Source: Ophelia neglecta
Lineage: Eukaryota
Assembly: GCA_965285935.1 (NCBI GenBank)
Contig: OZ260666.1
Location: 65,844,001 to 65,908,000 of the forward strand
Direction: 5' to 3'
Length of the DNA stretch: 64,000 nt
Positions 1 through 15,700 of this stretch are shown one piece after another. The position numbers and the translations under genes are program-made. A model generated the notes under the pieces. The model made no database searches. It was not told the DNA's origin and saw nothing but the letters and a program-made list of their open reading frames with translations. Each line of letters starts with the position of its first letter. Positions within the stretch are counted from its first letter, which is position 1.

Positions 1-670
1 AGTTATAATAGCTTAGTGATCACACAGTAAACTACAAGTACCTGTAATTTGCCCGCGTCATTGCTACATTGTTATGACCTAATCACACCCTTCACCTGAC
101 TTACTGCTGTGACAAATCACAGCAGGGCGCTTACATTGTACTTAAATCAATTTTGAAAATAATGTCATAATTGCAAGGGTGGTGATTTCATCTATATCCA
201 TTAAACTATATAATTGGGGATATCTACTGCTGTTTAGGGCTATGTATTGCAAATTAAAAATGACGAATAATTTTGTCAGGAGCTCTACGTGTGATGTCCC
301 ACATCCCTTATAAGACATCAGCGTCATGACTCATTAAAGTTTATGCAATTTATGCAATGCTCAGGGGTTCAGTAGTGCCCCAGATGGTGATTTACTTCGC
401 CAAAGGCATTATCAAAAAATATATGTGCTTTACAGTATGCCGTCAATGTAACACAAAAAAAATCAAATTCACACAATCGTTTTTTTTTTTTAAATGTGAA
501 AGAAAAACTTTCAGTTTAATATCAGAACCAAAATATAAGTTATCACTTCGATAGCCCAGCTTTTTGGAGACACCAGTTTGACCTGTAAGGCACACTGATA
601 GCATCAAAGGACTATACCTATATATTTCTGTACTCTTCATTTTTTAGTATTACTGAACTTGATATTTCAG

Positions 671-769
671 GTGTAAAGTCTTTCATGATTGCACACTTGA
701 GCAAGTCAGTTCGGGGTATACGTTTGGATGATTCGCACGGCGATGCCATGGTCCCCATCAGGGCTACAT
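671..769 (+). CDS. LRP2: LRP2 exon w1 (start of YWTD propeller)
   Basis: tttcag|...|gtaagt; [32 protein letters not shown]. Confidence 0.85.
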
Positions 770-3700
770 GTAAGTCTTACTTTTAGCCACCTCCTCCTGC
801 TTAGCTGTTATTAGTTTAGGCCAAATAAAGTAAAGAAGGGGAGCATATTTTTAGTAAAGAAAAGGAATCTTTGCAGAACAAAAAATAGAATTCAAATGTT
901 TTAACAGTGCTAGGTTGTCATTTGGCTTACTGAACATAAGACAAAATGTGACTTAATTATGATTCAGTTATAATGAAAAGTTGATATAAATGTGTGCACA
1001 TTAATGATACATTGATATAAGAGTACAATTAAATTATACATGGTTGTATAAAGCAAATATTTTATGTGTATACTTTTAAAGAGACTTATTAAGTCACTGG
1101 CAAGAGACTGGAGACAGTATGGAATAATGGTGTTCTAAAACAGCCAAGTAGAGCCCCTGAATCACAAGTCTGTTAATGTATGAGAAAATTTACTAATTAA
1201 TTGTCGTTATTATAACCCTCCAAGCATTCAGTTGGTATTGTAAGCATACAGAAATTGACCTTCACTACTTTGCATTATCATCATGGTAGAGTGGTATTTT
1301 TTTTTAAGTAGCAGCTGGTTATGTATCAAGTGTTGATGTTGATATGAAAGGAGGCAATATATACTGGGCTCAAAACAACTGGAGACAAAATTCTGATTCT
1401 GGAATTTACCGTGTTAAACCCGATGGATCAGTGGCAACAGATATCATCAAAACAGGTGTTGGCAGGAGGGGCATCAGGAGTATTGCTATTGACTGGATTG
1501 CAGGTGTGTACTACTCAGTTTCTTGTTTTGAAGTTTTTTATTTCAGTTCGTTTCAGTTATCAATTAGATCTTCGTGCATATTCTTAAAAACAATAGATCC
1601 TTTTATAATGTTACATCATCTATATTGTATTATTTTACTAGGAAACTTGTATTTCATTAATATGATGACCCCTGACGTTTACATTGATGTGTGCAGACTG
1701 GACGGCTCTTCCCGATTAACCATATATCGCAACATCACAGATACACCGGGTTATATTGTTGTTAACCCCATCAAGAGGTACGGGCAGGCAAAAGTTATTT
1801 TCATGCCTTCACAGTATTTAAAATACCATTATGTTTTTGTTACTTATGTAGGTAAAACTTACCACAGAAATATATACTGATTCAGAATCAAATGCCCGAG
1901 TCACAAACTTGACCATTTTTTTTCACTCAATTTAGAGAACTTGCTATATACATATTGTAAATTTTCACATTTCAATTTTCTTCTCACAGATACTTGTATT
2001 GGGCAGTTTCGGGTGTGAAACCCAAGATAGTGAAGGCCTTGTTGGACGGTAGTGGCAGAACGGCCATCGTGACCAATGGAATCGTAGCACCATCCTCTCT
2101 ACTGGTTGATTATAACACTGGTGACCTCTACTGGACGGATACCATAATAGATGCCATCCAGGTTTGAAAAATGTTTTTCATTTTCATATTCATATTCAAA
2201 CTGTGTAAAATGGGTTAAATGAAAATGAACCAAAATAAGGATTCCAGTTTTTGAAACATGTTTAGTACAGTATGCTGTTTCTAATAATATGTAAAATGTT
2301 CAGGCTACATAATGGAGGGTCCTAAAAGCACTGGAAAGGGGGCTATAATAAGCATTGCATTGAGGGTTTCTTGGTTACTAGAGGGAGGAGGGGGTGGTAT
2401 TAGATCAACTCAACTGAAATGGGACTGGGTCAAGGAGTTAAATTTCTATAATTATGAGGGTACGAATTTGTATGATCTGTGCACATGTCTGACAGTTAAG
2501 TTAATTATAGTTTATAGTGGTGCTGGCCATTTCATCTAGAGCCATTGCCAATTGTGCTGTTCACTTTATTGTTTTCACTTGGTCTCTTTGGAAGAGTTCT
2601 CATATTATAAATAAACACCGGGCCCCTGGAAGTCGACCCTCTTTTTATGGTTTGCCAATGACCTAAGTGGTAACCCATGGATAAGAGGGTTGACTTCAAG
2701 GCTCTCGTAGTCAAATTATGATCAACTGTTCCTTTCTGCACATCAGGTGATCAAGAACAGTTCTATGAGGAAAGCATATGCTACAAATAGGGATATGATG
2801 CGCTTTGATAACACACAGTAGTCTGGAATTTGTGCATTTATCTCAAATATTGATAGAGAACAATTCATTGAATTATAAATCACAACATGGGCAATACAAC
2901 TTAGGACATACAAAATGTGTATTACAAAAGTGTTTCTCTGACACTTTTAATTTCCCAGCTCATTGCTGGATTTTTTGTGTGTTTTTTTCCATAGATGAGT
3001 TTTGTTTTAAATTATATTGCTTATGCTGTCTTTTCCATGCAATGTTTATTGATTAAAAAATTACATTGGGATGAGGTTTATTAATGGTGGGTTTTTTTAT
3101 GTTCATAAACATGAGTAAAACAAAACAGTAAAGCAGGTATGTATTTATTTTCTAAGGCCTTGATGTGCAATTTTAGGTTAGGGCATTTCTATCTTTGTCC
3201 ATTTTAATGGGCTATTTGTGCAAATTTAATAATTCAACATCATATTGCTTTATGAGAGAAAGGCTGCTTATTTATCATTATGGTGTGGAGAAAAAAATGA
3301 AGCAATAAACACTGCTTGTACTTAACTGTTAAACTCCCTTTATATCCAGCGGGTTTCATTCAGTGGAGGAAACAGGCAGACAATTCGTTCAAACCTTCCC
3401 TATCCTACTGGCTTGGCAATATTCGAAGACAATCTGTATTGGGCAGACATGAACCTTAAAAAGGTAAGTAGTTTGACTTCCATTGTGCACAGGTAGGTTA
3501 ACATCGTAACAAAAGTTCCCAAGCACTGAGACTACACATTAGGTAACATCTCTATAGTGTAAGCACATCAAATCCATTTTAAATGAGGTTGAAACAAGTT
3601 GTAACTCTATTCCGAGCCAACTTGAATCTGCCTTTCGATCAACACCTACCAGTATTGGTTTCGAACGGATGCCTCCGCCAGGGGCAGCCAGCGGCATAAT

Positions 3701-6700
3701 ATTAACTTGCCAGCGAAAGTAACCAGGTTTTAGGGGTAGATGCTCCTCGCCAGTTGATTAAGAAATATACCATGAAAGAGCTAAATGTCCAGTTTAATAA
3801 CAAGGGAGAGTTTAAGGTAAGTCAAAAAGAGGTAAAGCATATGGGACTTCTTTAGTCTGTGTGAGAAGGCACACACAGGGGGTAGAAAATGAATTGAACA
3901 TTATTGGACATAGATTTGACCTGAACCTTCATAAGGCCCAACCCTTTGAATTTATGTACATAAACCAACAGTTCCACCAAGAGGCTCCCAAGGTCAAACT
4001 CGGTATCCACTTGATGTCTATCTTGCAAGGAAGGAATGGAGGTGGAAGTTACGAGCACCCTCTTTGGCCAAAGCTTCATTCTGCCCTCTCTAGATTGGGA
4101 TTCTGTCTCTAGATGGGGAATCTGTCAAGTGGCAGCCAGAAAAAAGAGTTTGGTAATAAAGTAGTTCTTTTAAATGCAGATTTTCCGCGTTCCTCTTGAC
4201 CCAGGCAACACAACAGCCGAGGCAGAGGTCATCAAATCCAACTTGAAAAACTTGCGAGACCTTCATCTTTACGATTCCTCAAGACAACCATTAAGTATGT
4301 ACAAAACCAAATCTCAAGTTAGACATGTGACCAGTGGTCAATTGCAGTACTCTGTGCATATTATAGTATTTATCTTTGATTTAATTTTATGAAGACCTAG
4401 TGTGACTCATTTGTGACAACTTTGGCACTCTTATTGAACAACTTAGATCATAATCCTTTAATCCCATTAACAATTGTCCATAATTGAATAAACAATCAAT
4501 CAAAAATGAATACACACGTACATGTATATTTTATAGAAACCTTAATCCACTGATTTTCCAGCTCTATAAATGTTTTGAAATCATCATGAATTTCATTTTG
4601 TTGTTTTTTAAGATAATACGCCCTGTTCTACAAACAATGGCGGATGTTCCCAGCTGTGTTTTTCGCTGCCTCAGGTTGACAATCCTCGCTGTGCTTGTTC
4701 CACCGGAGTCCTGGCCGTCGATGGCAAAGGCTGTGAAGGTAAATGGTGAAGGAGGGTACAAACATGTATATATAAATACCATTGATAGATCACTGGCTAT
4801 TGGGCTGGGTTGTCACTTTATAGGCTGTAGCTAAAAAGATAGATTTACCTTTAGCTGTGTTTATGATTTGAAATGTTATGGTTAAATTCATTTATTTCGA
4901 AATAGGGGCAAAATATTTTTTCTGATTGAGAAAGAGGCTCAGCCATATAAGCATTTGAACCTCAAATGGGCATCCAAATCCACAATTTTAATTTTTTTTG
5001 AAAACTGGTAGGCGATATTTTACTAGGATTCCAATCTACAACCCTTGCAGTGCATACTATACCACTTAGGTCAACGATCCAAGCAACTCTACCAACTGTG
5101 TTACATCCCCTACTTCGTTATTGTTATTTTCTTGGTGTAAATTCAAGACCTGATACTGTTTGCCTAGTTCCATAGGTAATTTCTATTGATAAAAAATTTG
5201 TTGTGATTTTAATTGGTTATGAAAACAACAGGGAAGATAAATTCGGATTCTTAGATATGCTCTTTCTAGTTGCAAAAGTATCATACAATATTTGTCACAA
5301 TGTCCAGCAACACATTCAATAATTGTATTTATCAATGTTTTGACAGATGTCCAGGAGTATTTGGTGTATGCCATGGAAAATGAAGTGCGGAGCTTACACC
5401 TGGATCCTTCAGTGACTAGTCTGCCATTCCAGCCAGTTACAGAACTTGCAGGAGCTGTTGCCCTTGACTATGACTTTCGTGACCAGGCCATCTTCTTCTC
5501 CCAGATTCGTGGGCGTAAGATCAGTCGCTACGAAATGGGACCAAAAACTGTCACCGATTTCATGGTTCATGAAAATTCAACGGGACTGGGTATGTGCAAT
5601 TTTTCATTGCTCATAAAGAAATGTTGATGAATCGTGCCATGGTGAATTCTGCAGAAAACAATGGTTTTGTAAATACTTTGTCACTATCAAATAATTAGTG
5701 TAACTGAAATATAATTTCAGGCTCCAAAAATTGCCTGTCTTAGTGTTGAACAAAAAAACATCTTTAAAATGATTCTTGCTTTTTCCATGTAGAAATAGTA
5801 AATGGAATTTTCCTTTTGATAAGAAATATAAATATTTTCCATTCCAGAAGGTGACTTTACACATACAGTATTCACTCCGGATGGCATTGCATTTGACTGG
5901 ATCAACAAGAAACTGTATTGGACTGACCACATGATACATCGAATCTTCATGGCAAATGTAGACCGCACCCATCGCACGACGGTTAGAATTGTGGAAAAGC
6001 CCAGGGCCATTGTAGTGGACCCTTGTAGAGGGTAAGGAACTTCAGAGGTTGTGAGGTCAGGGGTCATGAGGGAGGGGGGGGGGGGGGTTAAGAAGTGGAG
6101 ATGTAGTACACATGTCACAATCACATTGCATCATTAGGGCATTTGCATTTTATTCATTTGTAGGATTATGTACTACTTGAATTACAGGTTACTATACTAC
6201 TCAGACTGGGGAAGAGTGCCAATGATTGGCCGATCATCGCTAGCCGGACGTAACCACACAATTATGGTGAATACAGATATTGGGTGGCCAAACGGATTAA
6301 CAATAGATTTTGAGGAAAGCAAACTGTACTGGGCTGATGCACGCAAGTAAGTACCAGTAGTATTACATGTAAAGCCTAGCTTCTTGGGTTAATACGAGTA
6401 GTAAACGTAAATCTCCTCTGGTTGATGACTATCAGGACTTCTGTAATAAACTCACTAAAAGACAATCTTTTCATTTTGGAATTGTCATTATTATTATTCA
6501 TTCTATTATTTCCTAAGTCATTGTTGTAGCTTTCCTTCATTAAGGTTTTGCACTCTTGCACACGCATACACTTATTTGAAAATTTGACAATGGAACCACG
6601 TACCCTAGTATATGATGTCCAGTTCCATTTAACACAAGCTTTGAGTTTTTGTTGTGCTTCTTTTATAATCTAAAGTTTGGTGTCAATAAATATATTTTGA

Positions 6701-9700
6701 ATTGAATTTTGAGGAAAGCAAAATTGCATTACATTGCATACCCCATTCAGACACTCTTGATGTTGAAACTAAATTAACTATTTTTATTATAGAGACCGTA
6801 TTGAGCGATGTGACTTGAATGGTAGCTTTCGGGAGGTGATTGTAGACACTGTGGTGCATCCTTATGGCCTGAGTCTCTTCAGCCACTACATTTACTGGAC
6901 GGATTGGACACTAAGTGAGCAAATTTTACATACAGCAGGGTTAACTTAGGTGTCTCAATACATACAGAGGGGTTTACATGGTTTTCTCACCTGTTTACAT
7001 AAATACATAAACCTGTATGGTTGTTAGCATGCGTCCCTAGTTCATCAACCAAGTTAATTTTGAAGCCATTGCCTTTATTTTAAGTAAAGTGCATCCAACC
7101 TGAGAGGTGTAATTATAATTCAGGGCAGTTAGTATCATTGTGTGCTTGTGTGTTTCTTGCAACGTATTGAAATAAAGAGCAAATTTTTCAATTAATTTAA
7201 TTTGTTTATTCTAGTAACTGAGTATTATTGTTTAGAGTGTCCTTCTATGATATAAGTATCCCAATGGATTTAAAGTTAATTAGAGTGGGTGCCACAAGGG
7301 CAGGGATCATTTTGGTTTATTTGATTTCTTACAATTATTGTGTATTTGTTATAGAGGGTTTATACCGGGCCCAGAAGCACACTGGGGGAGATCTGACCAC
7401 AATGATCCAGGGTCTCCCCTCCCGGCCCATGGACGTCAAGGTAGTGTCTGAGGGACGCCAGGCCCAGTGTGACAACCCATGTAGCAACAATAATGGAGGG
7501 TGCTCAGACATCTGTGTCCCCCAGCCTGGAGGGGGAGGAGTGGAGTGTAGCTGTCCTGACTTCTCTGATAGCAGGTGGGTCACAAGATTTGGGGGAGAGG
7601 GGGTACAGAAATGACAGGGTTGACTAGGGAATGATGTGCCAACATCTGTGTCTTCATACCCAATACTGTATTCTCTGTAATAAATGCCCAGGCCATTTAG
7701 ATATTTTAAGTGCAATACTTATGCTTAAACCCCCAAAAACAATGAAAAGTGTCAAAAGGGAAAGATTTTGTCAGAAAGAGGAGAATAGGTGTTCATTAAA
7801 GCATGGGTGCTTATTAAGGCAGAGGCACTTATAACAGTTTTGGCTATGGTATTTATAATTATGGTACTAAATAGTGTTGCTTTCTTTTTTTTATGAATCC
7901 AAGTAGGTTTCCAAAACTGAGGGGGTTAAGAACTTTAACAGGCGGGCCATGTAGGTGCATTCCTGTGCCTCCACTGAATGTTCACTTCCTGTAGAGACTA
8001 GGGCCGTAGCGATAGAGGACAGAGAGCTGGCCTAATGAGGGATTGGTGGGTCTGAATAAACAGGTGGCAGGGTGAAGTGTGCAAGTATGAAGAGACCTTG
8101 AAAGTGTAGACAGTATGCCTACCCCAGGCCTACAAACTCCAGGGTGTTTCTCTTTGACAATCCTAGAGCCATAGATACTTTATTAGATTTAGAAGAGATG
8201 ATTAATACTTTAAAAAGTACTTTGGGTTTTCTCTGTGAGTGATTCTGGCAGGCAGTTTTTTTTTTTTTTTACTTTGTTTTAATTAACATATGCATTTTCT
8301 TTTTTAGGTAAAAAACAGGAAAAAATTGCATTATTCAAATAAATCAAGCCATTACTTTAAACTTTGACCCCTCTGATATTTGTTTAAGAGCTGTACTACA
8401 AAATATTCCCTCTTTTACCTCATTTAATTACAGCAAGTTGATTAAAAGCAATAATATGAGGTAAAATGACAGGCCCTTTTTGGCAGAAAATTTTGTTTAA
8501 AAATCAAAATAAAATAAAATGTTGTTCCGGCCGTCTTCAGTGACCAATGCTGTACCTTTTTATTTTTAAATGAAAAAAGGAGCCCCTCAAAACTAATGCT
8601 AGCCAGAGCCTAAAGGCTATTTTTATAGACCTAACAGGTTGATGTATATCTGTCTGGGTTTGTTTACTCTCTAATAACATTATGTGGTGAATGGTGCAGG
8701 TGATACAAGAAACATGTACGTTAATGTGAAAGTAATATTTTCGATCTTGTATATTAACTAAACGTGACTACCGATGATCTCTATATTTAGGATTGGGAAT
8801 GGTGGTAAGATGTGTGTCCCCTGGCCTAACAATTGTACAGAGGATCAGTTTGTATGTCGTAATGGGAGGTGTACATCACAACGTAGCATTTGTGACCTGG
8901 ATGATGATTGTGGGGATGGAACTGACGAAGATCCTGTTCTCTGTGGTATGTACGATCAAATACAAATTCAATAGTTTTTCCTTGGGTTCAGTATTTCTCT
9001 TAAAACATGGTAGGTCCATTAAAAGCATGGGCAGAGAGGAATGCAATGTTTTTTTCTTGACTACTACTCGTAGTGGTCAAAAATTATTATATTATATATA
9101 TATGGAGCTGTCTAAACTTAAAATTAAATGTGGGTGGAAAGGGAGGGCTATGAATAGGTGCATACCCCCTACCCTGCCCATGCCTTTTAAGTGGATTACC
9201 CCTAAGGAAAACTAGATATGACATTTTGCCAGCTACCCTGGCAGTTTTTGTATTATTATTTTAACGCTGTAGGCAAATTGTTTGCCTAAAAGCTACAGCA
9301 TGGAATAACATGTTGCCAAGTTTAGTTGCCATTTCACAGCTATGCAAAGGATTTAGTTTGTGTCTTTAGCTGCAATGGGTAGGAGTAAAATGTCTACAAC
9401 AATAGTTAATGTCAGTATAATGTATTTAATATTGTAAGAAAATTGAGGAAACAGATTCAAGACCTTCTATCCTTAACTTGTGGTCCCATTAATTACAGTT
9501 ATTCACACACATACAATCTTTGGAACAAAAATGCTGGTTCCTGATTGATAAACTACCAATACACAAATCTAATGCCAGATAAGTGGACTTTATAAAGGAC
9601 ATTTCTGGGTTCCCCATAGGGCCTAGAACAGATTAATATGAAGGCCAAAAATCAAAACAGGCTTTAAATATGTCCTTGCTGCACAAGACTTTCAAATCTA

Positions 9701-12700
9701 TGTTTTTGTTACGCAGCTGACTTCACCTGCGCTCCATCACAGTTTGTATGTGGAAATGGACGATGTGTCCCCCAAAGTTATCGCTGCGATTACGATAATG
9801 ACTGCAGGGATGGAACTGATGAAGATGACTGCCGTAAGTTATGACTTTTGTTTGTAACCTATTTACATGAATACATCCTTCCCCTCTCACTCCCACACAA
9901 ACCCTATTTCCCTGGTCTTAATATTTTCCCTGTCATCAGCCTCGTACTCCATGATTACGTGTTCTTACCAATCAGTCCTATTCCATACTTTTGCTACTAC
10001 GCCACTTTATTATAATGTAGTACTATGTTACATTACGGGTTTAACAGTATGTAGGGATTTCGGCGTGTCCTGAGGTGCACCTGTGGGTGCATGGGCAACC
10101 GCTTGAGTAAATATCCGTTTCTCGTGTTCTAATGGTGGCCACCCGCAAACCATTGTATTGAATAATCCCCTCCCATCTCAAGTGATAAATATATTGTATA
10201 CTCTATGGCACTGTTGCCACCAGTGAAAAGCTGTTAGAGCAGTAAACATGGTATACGTATACTTCTCAAGTCTGTGCTGTCTGTAGGTGATTTACCTAGT
10301 AGTATGACAAACTAGTAGTATTAATCTCAATATTTTTTAGCCTTTCCAACTTGTGGGCCGGATGAGTTTGTTTGCCGCAATTTCCGTTGCATCGAAAGCA
10401 GCCAAGTGTGTGATGGAAGAGATAACTGCCGTGATGGAAACGTTACAGATGAACTCAACTGCCGTGAGTAGAATTCTTTTGCCTCAAGCAGAATTTGTTG
10501 AAAAAGTATAATCAATTATGACTTTGGAATTTGATTATTGACTGTAAATACACCAAATCAAACCATAAAAATCATATTATTTTAACACTTATCCTAACTA
10601 TTGCAGCAATTAAGAATAAGCACAACTACTAGTATTGTGATTGTACAAATGACCCCTGAAATAGGAGGGCTTCTTGACCTTGCTAATTAAACTTTGAAAT
10701 AGGAGGGCCTCCTGACCTTGCTGAAATTAAACTTTATGCATCTCAAGTCGCAACCTTGAATTTTAAAGACTTTATAAAACCCCATACTCAAACCTGAGCA
10801 TAGCAGAAGTTGCCTTTAAACAGCCTTGTAACCTCAGACTAAACCCTTATTGTTATTTTTTCCTCCACTTTCTGGAGACTGCATTACATGGAAATATGGG
10901 TAAAAGAAAAAAGAGTGGAACATACAGTGAAACCTGTGTTTGTGGTCACCTGTGTAATAAGGTCACCTGCCCAGTGCCCACTAAGGTCACTAAATATTTG
11001 CCCAATCCCCACTCATGCCTGGGTTAACTGACCTGCCTATTAAGGTCACCTGCCTAATGTGGTCAGTTTTTTCCACTCCCTTGACTGACCTGAATAGACA
11101 GGTTTTACTGTACATTGAAATATATAGAATATGCGAATAAATACAGAGTAGATATATAATAATGATGACTATAATACTAAGGGTCTTGAATCACTTGACA
11201 CACACATTACATGTGTAAGACCTCTTATCTGACTCCGTAGATACACACTTTACACTAGTATGACCTCAACTTCCTTACCACACTCATTACACTTGTATAG
11301 CCGTGTACGCCCACAATACGTAATGTTAGGCTTAACTGTCCATATGGTTCCAAAACACACTTGTAAAGGACTCATATAAAAGTTTATAGAAACAAAGATT
11401 TTCAGTAGGTGTTGCGACCATAGTTCTTATACTACTTTAGACACTAGCTGAGTAGAATGATGGTAAAAGAAGTGTATGAAATTTGAATTTAATTTTCAGC
11501 TCCTTCCTCCTGTGCTCCTGAATACCACAAATGTCGCAGCAACAATTTATGCGTCCACCGACGCTGGCTGTGTGATGGGGATAATGACTGCGGGGATAAC
11601 AGTGATGAAAGTCCAACGCATTGCCAGGGAGCTAGTTGTGTCCCAGGTATGATTTACTAATTGAATTCTGTGAATTATGGAGGGTTGTAAATTAATGACA
11701 GACCAAATTCACATATTTCAGTGGCATTGTAAAATAATATTGTCATTGAGAGGTAGGACATTGCAAACTAACTTTGAGTACAACATCAGTCCCTGAAGAC
11801 ATTCTTGTTACTATCATATTATTAGTATTAAGTTACCCAACAAAAATGATCAAACTTCATAGCAGTAGGAATTATAACTGGTAAAATAATATTTATTATT
11901 AATTATTTTGATTACAAGACATTCATATTCTCCAGTTAAGTTTTTTTGAAATGAATTTATGGGTTAAGCAAGGAAATACACAAAAGCAGTACATTAATAT
12001 ATTCATTTATATTTTTATATTTAAGTTGGATACTTCAGAAAAACAGCATTATTTGTTAATTAACATAATTCTGTACTTTCTCATTACCTGCAGGAAGGAA
12101 TGGTTTAGAGGCCATTAAATTCTCAAATTTGGAAACTGTTCAAATCAATAAAAAAATACACATAAAAAATATCAAATGTGGTTAAATGTGCCAATTTTAC
12201 AAGAGTGCACTCAAACATATTTTATTTAACAGTCTGATATCTCATTCTGTGTTTGATACCAGTATCAATGTATATAAGTATAGTACAAAAATCTGTACAT
12301 TTCTTTTAGGTGATTTTCGTTGTGTGTCCTCACACAGATGTATCCCACCGGGCTGGCACTGTGATGGTGCTGATGACTGTGGGGACAATTCTGACGAACC
12401 GGAAGAAATCTGTAGTAAGTAGACAAAGAACCATCACGTCCAGCGTAGTTCCCAAATTATGTACACCTTTGTTTGAGTAAGTCACTTTATATGTCTATTG
12501 GCTGTGTTTTCGCCTTTAGCCATCCAGTGGATATTATTTCAGGCAGATAATAAGAACAAGTTTAACATTTCTGTTGTTTAGGTTAAATATAAATATAATG
12601 TTTGAAAAGTGACAGAAGAATAAGCAGACTTTCTTCTTTTTATATCACTGAAAACAAATCGGATGGCTTCCTTTCTGCAATTTATACATTTCTGAAACTG

Positions 12701-15700
12701 TGTCACATCAGGTCTAAAAAGCAGAACCCAAAGAACAGGAGCTGGATAATAACAAAAGTGGTCAAAGGGTCATTTTACTAATGTTAGGATAATACTGCTT
12801 TTAAAGATTTTATACAATGATCCCCCACCTTAACAGGTGTTTATGGCCAGTGCTAGAAATATTAGGACAAAATCAAGGGCAAAACAGGTATCTCCAGAAT
12901 GGCCCCTGGGGGTCCATTTCTTCTTACCCTTTGACCCCCCTATGGTGTTAAACAGCTTGACACCAATTGTCTCACAGGGGGAGGGGAGGGGGAGCAATCC
13001 TGTATCTGCCATTGTTGTCAGATACTACTAGGTGATACTACTGGCTGTATGAAGCCTGGTGATAATGACAAGTTTCCAAAGGATGGCACACAAGGAACCT
13101 GTTATATATGGTAGAAAGGGTCAATTATACTATGAGTAAGCAAACGATATTTTGGTAGTTACTTTACTATCAATGGTATTCAATTGCATAAGTATGAATA
13201 AATTTGAATACTTTTGTTTTGTGCGGATTCAGTATCCGACAAGCAAGTTCATAATCTTATAAGCATACTCAAAAGGGTAAAGCTGATGCATAAGCTGCAC
13301 AAGGACACAGGTTTCTTAGGTTTTGGAAGCTTCCATTTTGAATAAAATACACATTTCAAGAAATTGCAGAGTGATATCAATTACAGGCAACTTTTACCAT
13401 GTTTTTTACCCTCAGTATTCCTATCCTTTTTGACATAATTTGGAACTGTTAAATCAAGTTAGGTTCAAAAAATGAATACTGTCATGAAATATAAAAAAAT
13501 TTGGATGAATCTGCAACTTTATGCAGTCTTTACCGATGACTTAAAAATAACAATGTCAACAGACTAGAAGAGTGCCCATATTTTGTGCGACACTGATTAT
13601 TACTAATCTTCAGTTCAGTAATCTTAAGCATCATGTTCCTTTTTCAGGCCATCCTAACAGAACGTGTTTTGGGGCCCAGTTCACATGTAACAATGGGAAA
13701 TGCATCACTGACCGTTGGGTGTGTGACGGAGACAATGACTGTGGAGATGGCAGCGATGAGGCTGCTGTTCTAGTCTGTGGTGAGTGTCATTTCTGACACA
13801 GAGAACTATTACACAAATGCTGCAAAATTACATTCACGGCATAAACCACACCTTTACAAGGCTAGCTTGGTTGGATGTAAGGGGTACCTCAAGTTGAATC
13901 ATTGGGGTTGTTGCCAGGTGGTCTTAGGGTTGTGATGGGCAGGTCATTGAATAGAGTGTTCCTCATATAATTACCTGAACTTAGCACTATAATGATCAAA
14001 TTAACCATGAGATTAATATAAAATTGATTAGAAGGTCCTCATGCAGCTTTGCTTCATGCTCTTTCTGCTGGCATTCATTAATCTTTGAGGTGAACAATAA
14101 AAATCTACTGGTTGTCTATTGAAAACTGGAAATTCAAATTTATAAGGAAACGCTAACATGTATATATTCCCTCAGTGATCAAGTATGGAAAAAGATAGGT
14201 TTACTTTCATGCAGAAGGTGATACACATTGGTAAAAGTAATTTTCAGCAAAGGTGACTAACTTAATGAGGATGCCATTTAAATTTCTTTTTGTCTTGACA
14301 AAGAATAATAGTGTAACCAACGTAACATACATTTAGTTGATAAAAAATTGTTTGTTTTCGCTTATTGGTTGGTCTGCAAAACCAATCATCCAAATTGATT
14401 TGGTAAACCATTCCCAGCACCATTTTTCGGTCACTGGTTTAAACCATGTGGGGACCACCAGTTGTACAGCACAATACTCAGGATTTGTTATATGTACATT
14501 TATTTGAATAGTTAATGTAGTTTATATATCATGTGATGTTATTAAACAAATGAAAAAGAAAAAAGAACAACAAGAATTAAACCTGCACCTTTATGTTTCC
14601 AGCTGAGCGTACCTGTCCTCCAAACTTTTTTACCTGTGCTTCAAACAAGGAGGCTGGCAGAAATCCCTGCATACCAGTACGATTTGTGTGTGACGGGGTT
14701 CGCAACTGTATGCAGGGAGAGGATGAAATGCAGTCATGTCCCCCCCGAACGGTACGTCTGCTCTTGTGTTTTTATTAACCCCCACTTATAGTTATATGCA
14801 CTTTTAAGATTTGATTGCTTTCTCGGGTGATTAATACTGCCATTGATGCCAAATACTTTAACATGTAAATGGAAACACTGTCAAATTTGTTTTTATTAAG
14901 GATATGAAACTGTATCCATTCCAATGCCCACCCCTGTGATAAAAACAGCCATAAAAAGGTCATCACTGGGATCCTATAATCTAATCAGTTCAATTCATGC
15001 TGCATTGTTGTGTGTGCATGTCCCTATTAGCTTTTATACAGAAAAATTCCTTTTATGCATGGTTTGATAGTACATACATGGGGATTTTTACTATATACAT
15101 GTGTATACATGTATATACAGTTATACAAAAGCTCTTCACATGAACATGTTGCCAACTTTCAGATTATTATTTTGTTAATGTATACTGTCGCTGTGAAAAT
15201 CATTGTCGGCAAGAAAAAAAAAATTTTGTTGGTTTGTTGCACACAATTATTTTGTACTCTTTGACTGGATGCTATATTGGTACACAATAGACTATAAGAT
15301 TAATATTTGAACTCCTTTCCTAACAGTTTACAATATGATTGGTGTGATATGTCCTAAGTTATTGTGTATTTTGTTTTTATCCTTGCAGTGTACAGAGGAC
15401 GAGTTTCCGTGTGACAACGGTATTTGTGTCAGGCGGGCGTATGTGTGTGACCTTGACAATGACTGTGGAGACATGAGTGATGAGCCTGCCAACTGCAGTA
15501 AGTCAGAACCACTACTATAACATTGACCCGCCACAGGCTAAGAAAATGGATCTTTTTTGTTTAGGGTCATACTTGATGCTTAACTGTTAATACACATATA
15601 GGAGACTATCCGAATATATATTGGTGCCACCTACCTTGTACCATTGAAATCACATTTGAGTCAAATCTGATTCCATCATCCAGTGTTCAGAATGTGATAT

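Noticed and set aside
5023-5110. Reverse tRNA-like A/B boxes (also about 63752-63835)
   Set aside because: Too degenerate and too widely spaced to call a tRNA or a defined SINE.
7575-7660. Echo of exon w12 (shared acatctgtgtc) and a similar weak case after exon w45
   Set aside because: Only 11 bp or about 60% similarity; not distinguishable from chance by eye.
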